63,520 bases of DNA, filler included, from 3 parts of 3 records of this genome joined end to end with filler, not necessarily neighbours in it, one strand, 5' to 3'; shown: positions 29,948 to 41,607, counted from the whole stretch's first letter. The notes: a model not told the origin generated them from the letters alone. Made by a program: numbers and translations.

Positions 29948-30023
29948 CGAATTTACCTCTGCTCCCAGAAATAGTCGGAGGGGCAGGTAAAGAGAAGATT
30001 AAGAATCTGAAAGACCCGCTATT

Positions 30024-31205
30024 CTAGTCCGATAGTGTGATTTCTATCACAATCCCCTCAGGGGAATTTTTACCCGCCGAAACGCCAAAAGCGTTAGTTG
30101 GCGACAGGTTCAGGCCGTTGTCCGCGTATCCAAGGGTGAATCTTGCATGTTTTGTGACATTTCGCGAGACGCCCAATTTCCATGCATCTCCCTCTAGGCC
30201 TGTCAGATCATCTTCCGCGAATCCGTATTCGGCCCCTATCAGGTAATCGCCCACCGACTTGGTCAGGCCCACAGTCCACGCTTCATAGTCACCCCCCGTC
30301 TTGATGCCATTGTCGGAGACGAGCCACGTTGCACCGATGGATATCGTGTCAAATTCCGCCTTTGTCCCCACTGACCAGGTCGTGACCCGGTCATACAAAT
30401 CCGATACGTAGGGCGGCGTCTCAATCTCTGCGGTACTTGCTGCAAGGGCACCGCTCAGCCTTACGCCCGCGCTGCGCAAAAGGCGCGAGGCATTGATGGA
30501 CCCTTCAACCGCATTGGTGATTGTTAGGGGTGCAGCGCCAGGCAGATTACGGTCAGCATCCCGGTCGAGGCCGCGGACATCCGCCTTGGGCGTGATGCTG
30601 ACACCCGCGCGCACTCCCACCAGACGAGGTGTCGCGTAAGAAAGCTTCACCGACGGCCCCGTCAGGTCATGCCGTGTCGTAACCATGTCCAACCCTGTTG
30701 GGTCCAACACCTGACGACCGCTGGCAAGCGTATCAAAAACGGAGGGTGCGCCTTCCTGAAAACGCGCCGCAACGCCCAGGTCCCGCCCCAACCGGAGCTG
30801 CCCATAGCCACCTTCAACATATATGTAAGCCGTTTCAATTTCGGCTCGGGTTTCGGTGTCATTTGGCGGAACGCCGACTGCCAACCCAGTGAACGCGCCC
30901 TGCAACCCCAGACCGCTCCCCTCTATACCGACCGGTACACCGCTGAATCCGGCCCGTTGGGAGTGGTCCTTCTGAAGTTCAGCCCGACCGGCAGCGCCGA
31001 TTTCAAGGCCGCTATCCAGGATTCGATTGGTCGATACGCCAGCCCAGGTACGCGCCAGAATTTGCTCGTCAGCCTCCGGCATCATTACCAGACTGGCACC
31101 CAGATCGGTTTCGGTTTCCCACGGATTCCAGTCGTCCTCCCATTGCGCATGCGCGGCGGGGCCGGCAAGCGCCAAAGCGAGAACGGAGATTTGGGCGAAT
31201 TTCAT
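30024..31205 (-). CDS. Putative porin (outer-membrane beta-barrel)
   Basis: Signal peptide, AYIYVEGGYGQLRLG and KLSYATPR, typical of alphaproteobacterial porins. Confidence 0.7.
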   Translation of the reverse strand: MKFAQISVLALALAGPAAHAQWEDDWNPWETETDLGASLVMMPEADEQILARTWAGVSTNRILDSGLEIGAAGRAELQKDHSQRAGFSGVPVGIEGSGLGLQGAFTGLAVGVPPNDTETRAEIETAYIYVEGGYGQLRLGRDLGVAARFQEGAPSVFDTLASGRQVLDPTGLDMVTTRHDLTGPSVKLSYATPRLVGVRAGVSITPKADVRGLDRDADRNLPGAAPLTITNAVEGSINASRLLRSAGVRLSGALAASTAEIETPPYVSDLYDRVTTWSVGTKAEFDTISIGATWLVSDNGIKTGGDYEAWTVGLTKSVGDYLIGAEYGFAEDDLTGLEGDAWKLGVSRNVTKHARFTLGYADNGLNLSPTNAFGVSAGKNSPEGIVIEITLSD

Positions 31206-31310
31206 ACCGGTCCTCCATGGGGGCGACACGCAGATCAGCACTGGCGAGCCAGTAAACCCCTTGTTATACAAACCGCCGTCAACAAGGTCTTGCACTCAGG
31301 AACTTTCTTC

Positions 31311-31739
31311 ATGGTCAAATATGTTTTCTCTGCGGCGATTGCCGGCATGCTGATGGTTTCAGGCTGCCAGTCCAAATCGGGCGGCAACGCCGAAGCCCGC
31401 GTGATCCAGCAAAATATCGGCAGCGTGAATCCATATCTCTGGCGCGCCTCGCTCGACACGTTCGATGATCTTCCGGTGGCAACGGCCGACCCTATCGGTG
31501 GCCTGATCACGTATGACTGGAAGGCATATGCCGCCGCGCCAAACGAACGCGTCAAAGTCACGGTCTACATCCTTGATACGCGTTTGCGTGCAGATGGCGT
31601 GAAAGTTTCCGTGTTCCGTCAGGAAAAGAGTGAAGCCGGCGAGTGGACCGATGCTGTCGTTGATCCGGAAACCGCACTCCAGCTTGAGAACAAGATCCTG
31701 GATCGGGCACGACTGCTGAAGAATTCCCAGCTGGGCTAA
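31311..31739 (+). CDS. DUF3576-family lipoprotein
   Basis: Lipobox VSGC, VNPYLWRASLDT, and position directly upstream of leuS. Confidence 0.8.
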   Translation: MVKYVFSAAIAGMLMVSGCQSKSGGNAEARVIQQNIGSVNPYLWRASLDTFDDLPVATADPIGGLITYDWKAYAAAPNERVKVTVYILDTRLRADGVKVSVFRQEKSEAGEWTDAVVDPETALQLENKILDRARLLKNSQLG

Positions 31740-31776
31740 GCTCCGGCTGAACCAATAATCCGGAAAGGTCAGGGGC

Positions 31777-34344
31777 ATGGCGACCCGTTACGATCCGCAA
31801 ATCGCGGAACAGAAATGGCGTGCAGCTTGGGAAAAGGCCGCACTCTTTCACGCAAAATCTCCAGCCGAGGCGGTCGATGCGCCCAAGGCCTATGTGCTGG
31901 AGATGTTCCCATACCCATCCGGGCGGCTGCACATGGGCCATGTGCGCAATTATGCGATGGGCGATGTTGTTGCCCGCCACAAGCGCGCCAAGGGCTATAA
32001 TGTGCTCCATCCAATGGGATGGGACGCGTTCGGGATGCCGGCCGAGAACGCCGCCATGGAGCGCAATGTTCATCCGGGCGAATGGACCTATCAGAATATC
32101 GCCTCGATGAAGGCCCAGTTCTCAAAGCTCGGCCTGTCGCTCGACTGGAGCCGGGAATTCGCGACCTGCGACCCGGAATATTACGGCGCCCAGCAGGGTC
32201 TGTTCCTGAAATTCCTGGAAAAGGGCCTCGTCTATCGCAAGGCCTCGAAAGTGAATTGGGACCCGGTCGACAATACGGTGCTGGCCAATGAACAGGTCAT
32301 CGACGGGCGCGGATGGCGCTCGGGCGCGCTGGTGGAACAGCGCGAGCTCACGCAATGGTTCTTCCGCATTACCGACTATGCCGAAGACCTGCTGACCGAA
32401 GTGCAAAAGCTGGAGCGCTGGCCTGAAAAGGTGCGCACCATGCAGGCGAACTGGATCGGCCGGTCGGAAGGGCTCCAGATGCGGTTCGAATTCGATGGCC
32501 CCGCGCCATCCGGATTTGGCGAAGGCATCGAGATCTTCACAACCCGTCCGGACACGTTGTTCGGCGCGAGTTTCATTGCCCTGTCGCCAGATCACCCGCT
32601 GACCGTCCAAATGGCGGAGCAATCGGATGAGCTGAAAGCGTTCCGCGCAAGATGCTCACAGATCGGCACCAGCGAAGAGGCCATCGAAAAGGCCGAAAAG
32701 CTTGGCTTCGATACCGGCCTGACCGTCAAACACCCTTTCGACGACACGAAGACCCTGCCCGTATGGGTCGCGAACTTCGTGCTGATGGGGTACGGCACCG
32801 GCGCGATTTTTGGCTGCCCGGCGCATGACCAGCGCGATATCGATTTTGCCCGGAAATACGGCCTGAGCGTCACGCCCGTTGTGCTGCCGGCCGACGCTGA
32901 CGCTGCCACGTTCGATGTTGAAAACGAGGCCTATACCGGCCCCGGGAGCATCTTCAATTCCGGCTTCCTTGACGGGATGGCGATTGATGACGCCAAGCGC
33001 GCCGCCATTGAAAAAATCGAATCCATGGGGCTCGGTGAAGGCAAGGTGAACTATCGCCTGCGTGACTGGGGCGTCTCGCGCCAGCGCTACTGGGGCTGCC
33101 CGATCCCGGTCATCCATTGTGAAAACTGTGGCATCGTGCCAGTGCCGGAAGCCGATCTGCCGGTGAAACTGCCGGACGAGGTTTCCTTCGACCAGCCCGG
33201 CAATCCGCTGGAGCGCCACCCAAGCTGGAAACATGTCGATTGCCCGAAATGCGGCAAGGCCGCCCGCCGCGAGACAGACACGCTGGACACGTTCGTCGAC
33301 AGCTCCTGGTACTATTCCCGCTTTGCCAGCTCGAACGACCTGGAAGAGCGCGCCTATTGGATGCCGGTCGACCAATATGTTGGCGGCGTAGAGCATGCGG
33401 TGCTTCACCTGCTCTATGCGCGCTTCTTCGCCAAGGCGATGCGCGATGTCGGCCTGCTGGACTTGCCGAATGGCGAGCCGTTTGCCGGTCTTTTCACGCA
33501 AGGCATGGTGACGCACGAGACCTACAAGTCAGCGGCCGGAAAGTGGCTGGAGCCGAATGAAGTCGCTCGCGATGGCGATACCTGGATCGAGACCGCCACC
33601 GGCGCGATTGCGACGGCAGGTCCGATTGAAAAAATGTCGAAGTCCAAGAAGAATACGGTCGACCCGGATGCTATCATCAGCCAGTTCGGCGCGGATGTCG
33701 CGCGCTGGTTCGTCCTGTCAGATTCCCCGCCGGAACGAGATGTCGAGTGGACCCAGTCCGGCGTTGAAGGCGCGTCGCGGTTTGCCCAGCGCCTGTGGAG
33801 CGTGTTCGATGCCCTGCCAGAGGATACCAGCACTGCCGCTGGCGAGGATGCCGACTCCACAGCGCTGCGGAAAGCGAACCACAAGGCCGTCGCAGCCATC
33901 GACAAGGCAATCGAGGAATTCCGGTTCAACTCTGCCGTAGCCACCATCCATGAATGGGTCACCACTTTGAAAAAGGCTGAATCGGCTGGCGACGCCGTGT
34001 TAGGCGCGCGTATTGAAGGCGCCTCCATGCTGGCCCGCTGTGTGACACCGTTCATACCGCACCTGGCCGAGACCTGTTGGGAACGACTGGGCCAACCTGC
34101 CTTCGTATCCTCAGCGCCCTGGCCCGTGGCGGACCCCGCCCTGCTGGCGGATGATGAGGTCACAATGGCGGTTCAAGTGAATGGGAAGCGCCGCGCGGAA
34201 ATCACCGTGCCGAAGAGTATGGACAAGGATTCCGTCGAAGCCGTTGCGAAAACCCATGCGGATGTAGCCAGCTTCATTGAGGGCAAGTCCGTGAAGAAAA
34301 CCATTGTCGTGCCCGGCCGCATCGTGAATATCGTGGTGGCATGA
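31777..34344 (+). CDS. leuS: Leucine--tRNA ligase
   Basis: [13 protein letters not shown], editing domain GYGTGA and KMSKS. Confidence 0.98.
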   Translation: MATRYDPQIAEQKWRAAWEKAALFHAKSPAEAVDAPKAYVLEMFPYPSGRLHMGHVRNYAMGDVVARHKRAKGYNVLHPMGWDAFGMPAENAAMERNVHPGEWTYQNIASMKAQFSKLGLSLDWSREFATCDPEYYGAQQGLFLKFLEKGLVYRKASKVNWDPVDNTVLANEQVIDGRGWRSGALVEQRELTQWFFRITDYAEDLLTEVQKLERWPEKVRTMQANWIGRSEGLQMRFEFDGPAPSGFGEGIEIFTTRPDTLFGASFIALSPDHPLTVQMAEQSDELKAFRARCSQIGTSEEAIEKAEKLGFDTGLTVKHPFDDTKTLPVWVANFVLMGYGTGAIFGCPAHDQRDIDFARKYGLSVTPVVLPADADAATFDVENEAYTGPGSIFNSGFLDGMAIDDAKRAAIEKIESMGLGEGKVNYRLRDWGVSRQRYWGCPIPVIHCENCGIVPVPEADLPVKLPDEVSFDQPGNPLERHPSWKHVDCPKCGKAARRETDTLDTFVDSSWYYSRFASSNDLEERAYWMPVDQYVGGVEHAVLHLLYARFFAKAMRDVGLLDLPNGEPFAGLFTQGMVTHETYKSAAGKWLEPNEVARDGDTWIETATGAIATAGPIEKMSKSKKNTVDPDAIISQFGADVARWFVLSDSPPERDVEWTQSGVEGASRFAQRLWSVFDALPEDTSTAAGEDADSTALRKANHKAVAAIDKAIEEFRFNSAVATIHEWVTTLKKAESAGDAVLGARIEGASMLARCVTPFIPHLAETCWERLGQPAFVSSAPWPVADPALLADDEVTMAVQVNGKRRAEITVPKSMDKDSVEAVAKTHADVASFIEGKSVKKTIVVPGRIVNIVVA

Positions 34345-34811
34345 AACAGTTCTTCGCTCTTGTCGCCTTCGCCCTCATAGCCGGGTGCGGATTCAAACCG
34401 GTCTATGCGACGGGCGCGGGCGCCACTTATGGCGGCGCCATCACGGTCGAACCCATCGATGGCCGATCGGGATACATCTTGCGCCGGGCCTTGCAGGAAG
34501 AGTTGGCGATCGGATTGCCAAACGTGACAGAGGCTGCCTCGCTCCAGATTACGGTGAAAGAAAATCTGACTCGGTTGGCATTCCAGCAAGACGGCGCAGC
34601 GGCGAGATCAAATGTTACCTTGTCGGGCCGTTACGCTTTGTCTCAAGGCCAAGAACGGTTGACCGGCTACGCTGTTGGCGAAGTCAGTTTTGCGGTACCG
34701 AGCAGCACTTATGGAGACATAGCAGCCCAAAAGAGCGCCTCGGAGAGAGCGGCCGGCATCTTGGCGAAGAATATCGTGGACGACCTGCGGCGCAAATTGT
34801 CGGTTGAATAA
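34341..34811 (+). CDS. lptE: LPS assembly lipoprotein LptE
   Basis: Lipobox [10 protein letters not shown] and leuS-lptE-holA synteny. Confidence 0.8.
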   Translation: MKQFFALVAFALIAGCGFKPVYATGAGATYGGAITVEPIDGRSGYILRRALQEELAIGLPNVTEAASLQITVKENLTRLAFQQDGAAARSNVTLSGRYALSQGQERLTGYAVGEVSFAVPSSTYGDIAAQKSASERAAGILAKNIVDDLRRKLSVE

Positions 34812-35845
34812 TGTTGTTCAAGGGCAAACAAGCGAGTGATTTTGCCCGCAAGCCCAAGCCATCCGTTTGGGCTGTGCTGGCCTTCGGTGAAGATTCCGGC
34901 CTCGCCTCCGATGCCGCGATTTCCCTGATCAAAGCCTGGACGCCGAAAGGCGCCAATATGGATGTCACCACACTGGATGATGACTCCATAAAGAAGGACC
35001 CATCACTCCTGTTCGACGGACTCGAAGCGGTATCCCTCTTGGGAGACCCTCGCGTCATCCGCGTTCGGACAAGCGGCGACAAGATTGCCGCCCTGTTGAT
35101 AGAGGCCATTCAGAAAGGTGAAACGCAGGAGGGCTATTATTCCGCCCGCCTGATAATCGAAGCTGGTAGCCTGCAGAAGCGCTCGAAATTGCGCGCCGCC
35201 GCAGAAACCGCCCAACTGACCGCCTGCCTGCAACTGTTCGCCGACGAAGCGGGCGATATTGAAAAACGGGTTCAGGATGCGCTGAAGTCCGAAAGTGTCC
35301 AGATCACACCCGAGGCGCTCGCACTGTTTGTGGGCGACCTGCCGGGCCATCGCAATCTGGCCAACTCGGAGATCGAGAAGCTCGCCCTCTATGCACGCGG
35401 TCTGGGCCGACCGCTTGATGTGGATGATATCCGGTCCTTGTCCGCTACCGATGTGGATCACAATCTTTCAGCCGCCATTCGCGCAGCGCTCGATGGCAAA
35501 CCGGCGCTCGTCCATACCACACTCGACCGACTGGCTGTTGCGGGCACGAGTGGGATTTCGATCCTGCGTTCACTTGAGTTCGAAACCATGCGCATGCTGG
35601 ACGCTCAGTCTCGGCTTGCATCCGGCCAATCGAATCCCGGCATGAAACTCCGGCCGCCCGTTTGGCAAAGCGAATGGAGCCTGTTCAGCGCGCGCCTCAG
35701 GAAGTGGCCGACCAAGCGGCTGATGCGGGTGATGGAACGGATCTATGAAGCAGAACAGCAAGCCAAGTCCGGGTCAGGCAGTGCGGACCCAGTAATCCGT
35801 GTACTGATGAATGAGATCGCCCGCGCCGCCGAAATAGCAAGCTGA
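34811..35845 (+). CDS. holA: DNA polymerase III subunit delta
   Basis: FGEDSGL, SLLG, SKLR and EIEKLALY motifs, plus synteny. Confidence 0.9.
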   Translation: MLFKGKQASDFARKPKPSVWAVLAFGEDSGLASDAAISLIKAWTPKGANMDVTTLDDDSIKKDPSLLFDGLEAVSLLGDPRVIRVRTSGDKIAALLIEAIQKGETQEGYYSARLIIEAGSLQKRSKLRAAAETAQLTACLQLFADEAGDIEKRVQDALKSESVQITPEALALFVGDLPGHRNLANSEIEKLALYARGLGRPLDVDDIRSLSATDVDHNLSAAIRAALDGKPALVHTTLDRLAVAGTSGISILRSLEFETMRMLDAQSRLASGQSNPGMKLRPPVWQSEWSLFSARLRKWPTKRLMRVMERIYEAEQQAKSGSGSADPVIRVLMNEIARAAEIAS

Positions 35846-35848
35846 CGT

Positions 35849-36766
35849 TCAGAGAATGTTGCGCTTGGCAGTCAGACGTCTGCAGACATCGTCAAGTTGT
35901 TCCAGGTCGCGATACTTGATGCGAAGCTCGCCGCCATTCTTGCCGTGGCGGATGTCTACATCCAGTCCGATGGACCGGGAGAGATCCGCCTCGAGGGCTT
36001 CGGTGTCGACATCCTTTTCCTCTGACTTGAGTCGGGCGGATTTGGTTTCAACGGGCGTGTCTTCGCGAGCAGCCTTGGCATGCGCTTCGACCTCGCGAAC
36101 CGTCAGGCCTTTCTCAACAGCAAGCTCCACCAGCGCTTCCGGATCGGGCGCACCCAGCGCCGCGCGCGCGTGTCCCGCCGTGACCTTGCCATCACGAACA
36201 TACTCTCGAGCGCCTTCTGGCAATTGCAGCAAGCGCAGAGTGTTTGTGATGTGAACCCGACTTTTGCCGACGCTTGTGGCAAGACTGTCCTGAGTTCGAC
36301 CGAAGCGCTTCATCAGCGCCTCATAGGCTTCAGCTTCTTCAATTGGGTTGAGGTCTGCGCGCTGAACATTCTCGATGATGCCGATCTCGAGTAGTTCCAA
36401 CTCGTCGGTATCCCGTACAACAGCGGGAATACTGGTCAGACCGGCCAGCTTGGCGGCGCGCCACCGACGCTCCCCCGCTATGATCTGATACTCGTTCTTT
36501 TCCTTGGGATCCGGACGGACCAGAATAGGCTGGAGAACGCCTTTGGATTTCAGGGATTCCGCGAGTTCCTGAAGGGCGGCCTCGTCGAAGGTCCGACGAG
36601 GCTGTTTCGGATTTCGGCGAATCTTGTCGATCGCGATTTCGTTGGAGCTGCCCTTACTCCCACCTGCAGTGCGTGCTTCAGGCGGAGAGACAGCCTCCAC
36701 TTCCCCAATCAGGGAAGACAGGCCGCGTCCAAGACGGGAAGGTTTGCTCTTGGTATCGTCGCTCAT
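35849..36766 (-). CDS. parB: Chromosome partitioning protein ParB
   Basis: LGRGLSSL, QPR, GERRWRA, ENVQRADL and an HTH. Confidence 0.97.
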   Translation of the reverse strand: MSDDTKSKPSRLGRGLSSLIGEVEAVSPPEARTAGGSKGSSNEIAIDKIRRNPKQPRRTFDEAALQELAESLKSKGVLQPILVRPDPKEKNEYQIIAGERRWRAAKLAGLTSIPAVVRDTDELELLEIGIIENVQRADLNPIEEAEAYEALMKRFGRTQDSLATSVGKSRVHITNTLRLLQLPEGAREYVRDGKVTAGHARAALGAPDPEALVELAVEKGLTVREVEAHAKAAREDTPVETKSARLKSEEKDVDTEALEADLSRSIGLDVDIRHGKNGGELRIKYRDLEQLDDVCRRLTAKRNIL

Positions 36767-36771
36767 ATGGG

Positions 36772-37584
36772 TCAGGCCGCGCGGGCTTTCTCTCTTTGAA
36801 GGACTTCGGATGCGAGACGGATATAGGCCTCGCTACCTGGACAGCGATAGTCATACAACAAGGCCGGCTTGCCGAAAGATGGCGCTTCGGAAAGGCGTAC
36901 ATTCCGCGGTATGACCGTATTGTAGACCTTGGCGCCAAAGAAGGCTCGCACTTCGTCGGCGACCTGGTCGGACAGATTGTTTCGCCGGTCATACATGGTC
37001 AGGACGACGCCCTGGATTTCGAGATTGGGATTGAGGCCAGAGCGCACAACTTCCACCGTGCGGAGCAGTTGGCTAAGGCCTTCCAGCGCCAGGAACTCAC
37101 ACTGTAGCGGAACCAGAAGTGCATCGGCGGCCGTCATCGCGTTCAAAGTAAGCGACGACAGCGATGGCGGGCAATCAATCAGAATATAGTCATACTGGAC
37201 CAGTCCGCCCTGGACGGACCGCTGAACATAATCATGCAGCGCGTCGCGCAATTTGTAGGACCGGTGAGAGTCATTGGCCAGTTCGGTTTCTACACCAGAG
37301 AGGTTTTCATCGCCCGGAACAATGTCAAGACGCGGCACAATCGTTGACAGAACCGCTTCTTCCAGCGGGATCCGGTCCACGACAACATCATAGGATGTCT
37401 GATGCCGGTCCTGGCGCTCAATACCCAGCCCTGTGGAGGCGTTGCCCTGCGCATCGAAATCGACAATCAGGACGCGCCGGCCCACAGCCGCCAACGCCGT
37501 GCCGAGATTTATGGACGTCGTTGTCTTCCCGACCCCTCCCTTTTGGTTCACGACTGCAAAGATTCTAGGTTTACCGCTGACCAC
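36772..37584 (-). CDS. parA: Chromosome partitioning ATPase ParA
   Basis: NQKGGVGKTTT, DCPPSL and PRNVRLSEAPS motifs. Confidence 0.97.
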   Translation of the reverse strand: MVSGKPRIFAVVNQKGGVGKTTTSINLGTALAAVGRRVLIVDFDAQGNASTGLGIERQDRHQTSYDVVVDRIPLEEAVLSTIVPRLDIVPGDENLSGVETELANDSHRSYKLRDALHDYVQRSVQGGLVQYDYILIDCPPSLSSLTLNAMTAADALLVPLQCEFLALEGLSQLLRTVEVVRSGLNPNLEIQGVVLTMYDRRNNLSDQVADEVRAFFGAKVYNTVIPRNVRLSEAPSFGKPALLYDYRCPGSEAYIRLASEVLQREKARAA

Positions 37585-38194
37585 GCTTGAGCTCCCTCAC
37601 GATCAAAATCACGCCTGACCCACCAGTGCGACTTGGAATCGCCTCATAGGCGAAGTTCCATCTTTGTTGGGCGTCCGTCAATTCTTCTTTCCAGCGTTCG
37701 CCCTTTAGAAAAACCCCTGTTGCACCGTTTTCCATCCAGGGAGCGGCGTAATCGAGCAGTTTTGGAAGGGGCGCAAACGCCCGCGCAGTGATAATATCCG
37801 CGGTGGAATTCGGCGCAGCCTCAATCCGGCCCTGATAAACCGACGCACTGAGACCAGCATCGCCGATAGCGGCGCGGAGAAAGGCGCATTTCTTCCCGAC
37901 GCTTTCCATCATGGTCACATGACTGTGTGGTCGGGCCGCAGAAATGATCAATCCGGGAAATCCCGCACCCGAACCGAGATCGACGATCCGCGTTGATTCC
38001 GGAATAAACGGCAGAATCTGGTAGGAATCAGCCACATGCCGACCCCATATCTGCGGCCACTCACGCGGTCCAATCAGATTGGAGCGTTGCCGCCACGCGT
38101 CGAGAGTTAAGATCACGGCGTCCAATCTTTCCAATGTTTCACGTGAAACATCGAATTCGGCCAGAAAGGCCGCGCGATCTTCGGAATTCATCAT
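37571..38194 (-). CDS. rsmG: 16S rRNA m7G527 methyltransferase
   Basis: RHVADS, DLGSGAGFPG and TARAFAPL motifs. Confidence 0.96.
   Translation of the reverse strand: MMNSEDRAAFLAEFDVSRETLERLDAVILTLDAWRQRSNLIGPREWPQIWGRHVADSYQILPFIPESTRIVDLGSGAGFPGLIISAARPHSHVTMMESVGKKCAFLRAAIGDAGLSASVYQGRIEAAPNSTADIITARAFAPLPKLLDYAAPWMENGATGVFLKGERWKEELTDAQQRWNFAYEAIPSRTGGSGVILIVRELKRGQR
38135..38150. promoter_or_regulatory. parS centromere site inside rsmG
   Basis: Perfect consensus TGTTTCACGTGAAACA. Confidence 0.93.
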
Positions 38195-38199
38195 GAGTG

Positions 38200-40065
38200 T
38201 TAACCAGCTTTCTTCCGGCGCTTAACATATCCCAAAAGGGCCGTTAGAGCGCCGGGCGTCACGCCTTCAATACGACCGGCCTGTCCCAACGTAGAAGGAC
38301 GGACCGATTCCAGTTTCTGGCGAACCTCATTCGAGAGACCGCCAATTCCCGAATAATCGAGATCTGCCGGGATCATCAGATCTTCGTCGCGACGCAAAGC
38401 GGCGACATCTTCTGCCTGGCGTTCCAAATAGGAAGAGTAAAGGGCTTCAATCTCGACCTGCGTCCCGATCTCCTCGGAGATGTCTGATACTTCCGGCCAA
38501 ATGGCGGACAGTGCATTGAGACCTATCTCCTTGTAGGAGAGATATTCCCATGCCGTCCTGACGCGGCCATCCTGATTGACCGCCCATCCGGCTTGAGCCG
38601 CTTTTGCGGGCGACAAGGTCAATGTTTTCAGAAGTTGGCGGGCAGATTCAAGCGCTCGGTGTTTCACGTGAAACACGTCTGCCCGGTCTGACCCGACGCA
38701 TCCGGCGGCAATACCCTTTTCGGTGAGACGCTGGTCGGCATTATCGGCGCGTAGTGCCAACCGATATTCGGCGCGCGATGTAAACATCCGATAGGGTTCC
38801 GTCACGCCGCGCGTCACGAGGTCATCGATGAGGACGCCAATATATGCCTCCGCGCGATCAAATATAATCGGATCTTTTCCGCCCGTGGCGCGTGCCGCAT
38901 TCAAGCCCGCAACGAGACCTTGCGCGCCGGCTTCTTCATATCCGGTTGTGCCATTGATCTGCCCGGCGAGATAAAGGCCTGGAAGCGCATGCACCTCAAG
39001 TGCGGACGAAAGCGCACGTGGATCGACGTAATCGTACTCGATTGCATAGGCATGTTGGATGATCTTGGCATCTTCGAGCCCGGGAATGGTCCGAAGAAAA
39101 CGCTCCTGAATATCCTCTGGAAGCGATGTCGAAATGCCATTTGGATAAACAGTGTGATCGTCGAGACCTTCCGGTTCCAGGAAGATCTGATGGCGGTCCT
39201 TGTCGGCGAACCGGTGAACCTTGTCCTCGATAGACGGGCAATAACGCGGACCTCGGCCAGCAATCGCGCCGGAATAGACGGCCGATTGCTCGATATTCTC
39301 GGCAATGATCGCGTGGGTTTCCGGCGTCGTCCATGTAATGCCGCATTTGACCTGCGGCACCGTAATCTCATCGGTCAGATACGAAAACGGAATCGGCTGC
39401 TCATCGGCGGGCTGCATTTCAAGACGATCCCAGGCGATCGTCCGGCCATCCAGCCGTGCCGGCGTACCCGTCTTCAAACGCCCCATCGGGAGACCAAGCC
39501 CATAGAGCCGGTCCGACAGGCCAATCGCAGGGGCCTCGCCGACACGCCCGGCAGGGATACGTTTCGCACCTATATGGATGATGCCTTTCAGGAAGGTGCC
39601 TGTGGTGATCACGACAGAAGCCGCACGATAGATCTCGCCCTTCAGACCAATCACGCCCGCGACGTGATTGTCCTCCACGATCAGGTCTTCGGCGCCATCC
39701 TCAATGATGGCCAGGTTTGGATAGTCCGCGAGTTCCGCCTGCATGGCGTCGCGGTAAAGCTTTCGGTCGATCTGGGAGCGGGGGCCCCAGACAGCCGGAC
39801 CCTTGGACCGGTTGAGCATACGGAACTGGATACCGGCCTTGTCCGCCAGCCGTCCCATGAGGCCGTCCAGCGCATCGATCTCTCTCACGAGGTGACCCTT
39901 GCCGAGGCCGCCAATTGCCGGATTACAGCTCATCTCTCCGATGGTTGCGCGCTTGTGTGTGACCAGAGCAGTGCGTGCGCCCGTCCGCGCCGCGGCCGCG
40001 GCCGCTTCGCAGCCGGCATGACCGCCGCCTACCACTATCACATCAAACTGTTTCATCTCGCTCAT
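38200..40065 (-). CDS. mnmG: tRNA U34 carboxymethylaminomethyl modification enzyme
   Basis: [30 protein letters not shown] and [12 protein letters not shown] motifs. Confidence 0.98.
   Translation of the reverse strand: MSEMKQFDVIVVGGGHAGCEAAAAAARTGARTALVTHKRATIGEMSCNPAIGGLGKGHLVREIDALDGLMGRLADKAGIQFRMLNRSKGPAVWGPRSQIDRKLYRDAMQAELADYPNLAIIEDGAEDLIVEDNHVAGVIGLKGEIYRAASVVITTGTFLKGIIHIGAKRIPAGRVGEAPAIGLSDRLYGLGLPMGRLKTGTPARLDGRTIAWDRLEMQPADEQPIPFSYLTDEITVPQVKCGITWTTPETHAIIAENIEQSAVYSGAIAGRGPRYCPSIEDKVHRFADKDRHQIFLEPEGLDDHTVYPNGISTSLPEDIQERFLRTIPGLEDAKIIQHAYAIEYDYVDPRALSSALEVHALPGLYLAGQINGTTGYEEAGAQGLVAGLNAARATGGKDPIIFDRAEAYIGVLIDDLVTRGVTEPYRMFTSRAEYRLALRADNADQRLTEKGIAAGCVGSDRADVFHVKHRALESARQLLKTLTLSPAKAAQAGWAVNQDGRVRTAWEYLSYKEIGLNALSAIWPEVSDISEEIGTQVEIEALYSSYLERQAEDVAALRRDEDLMIPADLDYSGIGGLSNEVRQKLESVRPSTLGQAGRIEGVTPGALTALLGYVKRRKKAG
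38660..38675. promoter_or_regulatory. parS centromere site inside mnmG
   Basis: Perfect consensus TGTTTCACGTGAAACA. Confidence 0.93.
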
Positions 40066-40132
40066 GGCGCTACTTCGGATCCGGATTTCAGAAAGCCGCT
40101 ATATAGCGGCTCGTTGCCTCAAACCCTAGGGG

Positions 40133-40802
40133 TCATTTGCCGATGCAGAACTGGGAGAACACCGCACCGAGCACATCTTCTACGCCGACTGAGCCGACAA
40201 CCGCTCCAAGATGCCGGATAGCCAGGCGCACGTCTTCCGCTGCGAGTTCCGGACCGGTGCCAAGCTCCAGCGCATCCCGCGCAGCAATGAGGCAAGCGAG
40301 TCCATCGACCAATCGGGCGCGATGCCGGGCGCGTGTTATGACCGGCGCTTCAACAGATGCAGCCTTGTTGGAAATGAAGTCCGCCAGTGCGGCTTCGAGT
40401 TCGGGCACGCCATCGCCATCTTTCGCGGAAATCTTGTAGTCGTATTCTGGGAGCCCGGCGGCCAGCTCGGTATCAGCCTTGTTTACCACGACTATATCTG
40501 TCGTTTGGCGAAACAACGAGTTCAACACACCCAGCTCAGATGTGCCCCCGTCAACCATAAACAGGCGCAAGTCGGCCTCAGCAGCCACGCGTTCTGCCCG
40601 CCGAACGCCCTCGGCTTCAATCTCATCTTGGGTCTCACGCAAACCGGCCGTGTCGGATAGCCAGACTACCTGTCCGCCCATCACGCGCCGTACTTCAATC
40701 ACATCGCGGGTTGTGCCTGGGGTTGATGTCACAATCGCCGCGTCGCGTCCGGCAAGGCGGTTGAGCAAGGTCGACTTGCCCGCATTCGGCGCGCCGATAA
40801 TG
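40133..40802 (-). CDS. mnmE: tRNA modification GTPase MnmE (5' end truncated)
   Basis: GAPNAGKST, PGTTRD, DTAG, NKAD and terminal FCIGK. Confidence 0.96.
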
Positions 40803-40902
40803 NNNNNNNNNNNNNNNNNNNNNNNNNNNNNNNNNNNNNNNNNNNNTTAATTAATTAANNNNNNNNNNNNNNNNNNNNNNNNNNNNNNNNNNNNNNNNNN
40901 NN
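40803..40902. other. Artificial contig-joining spacer
   Basis: N44-TTAATTAATTAA-N44, followed by an abrupt switch to AT-rich DNA. Confidence 0.98.
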
Positions 40903-41154
40903 TGAAAACCTCATTTAAACCTTGATATAAGTAGAGTCCAATAAATTCCGTTAACCTTTATCGGACAACAATAGTATTAAATTATAATTGAAAAAAGCAC
41001 TAATCCAGATAACCTTTAACTACTTTCAACGCAATGTTTATTTGTAGCATGCTATAGATAAGCAACTACCTCGAGGTATTCAAAGGAAATAAATTGAATC
41101 CTTTTCGACGTAGAACCTTTCGATAAACTCAGGAAGCTTTGGGAATAAAACCCT

Positions 41155-41607
41155 CTATGAAGGATTTAAAATTCCAATTACAATAGTATGAATCCGTAAG
41201 GCAATTCCTGTAAGTACTGGTATCACCACAATTCCAATAGTTAAATACAAAAAACAAGCGGCGGCTCTACTACTCCCTACAAATACCTCTTGCTCTTTAA
41301 AATTAAACTGCCAATTTCCAGCAAATCCATAACCAATAAACAACCATAAAACGGCTAATGCTATAATGAAGTAGAGAATATTACGGTAATAAAAATGAAA
41401 CTTCCTAACTGGATTATAAATACTCTTATTTCCGTAGAAAATTACGGTTGGTAAAAAAATAAGAATACTCCAGGCCAACAAACTCCCTATTGGAACTTCC
41501 AATCCTAAAAAAGTACGACTTAAATTAAGTACTCCTGATAAAAAAAGGTAACATGAAACCAAAAGAAGTAGGAAATAAAATAGAAATAATTTGGTACGTT
41601 TGGTCAT
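41155..41607 (-). CDS. Hypothetical membrane protein (~4 TM)
   Basis: 150-aa ORF with four hydrophobic segments and an A-rich leader. Confidence 0.7.
   Translation of the reverse strand: MTKRTKLFLFYFLLLLVSCYLFLSGVLNLSRTFLGLEVPIGSLLAWSILIFLPTVIFYGNKSIYNPVRKFHFYYRNILYFIIALAVLWLFIGYGFAGNWQFNFKEQEVFVGSSRAAACFLYLTIGIVVIPVLTGIALRIHTIVIGILNPS

Noticed and set aside
40803-41200. GC drop as a horizontally acquired island boundary
   Set aside because: It coincides with the artificial spacer, and the AT-rich side carries its own housekeeping genes (pgi, uvrC).
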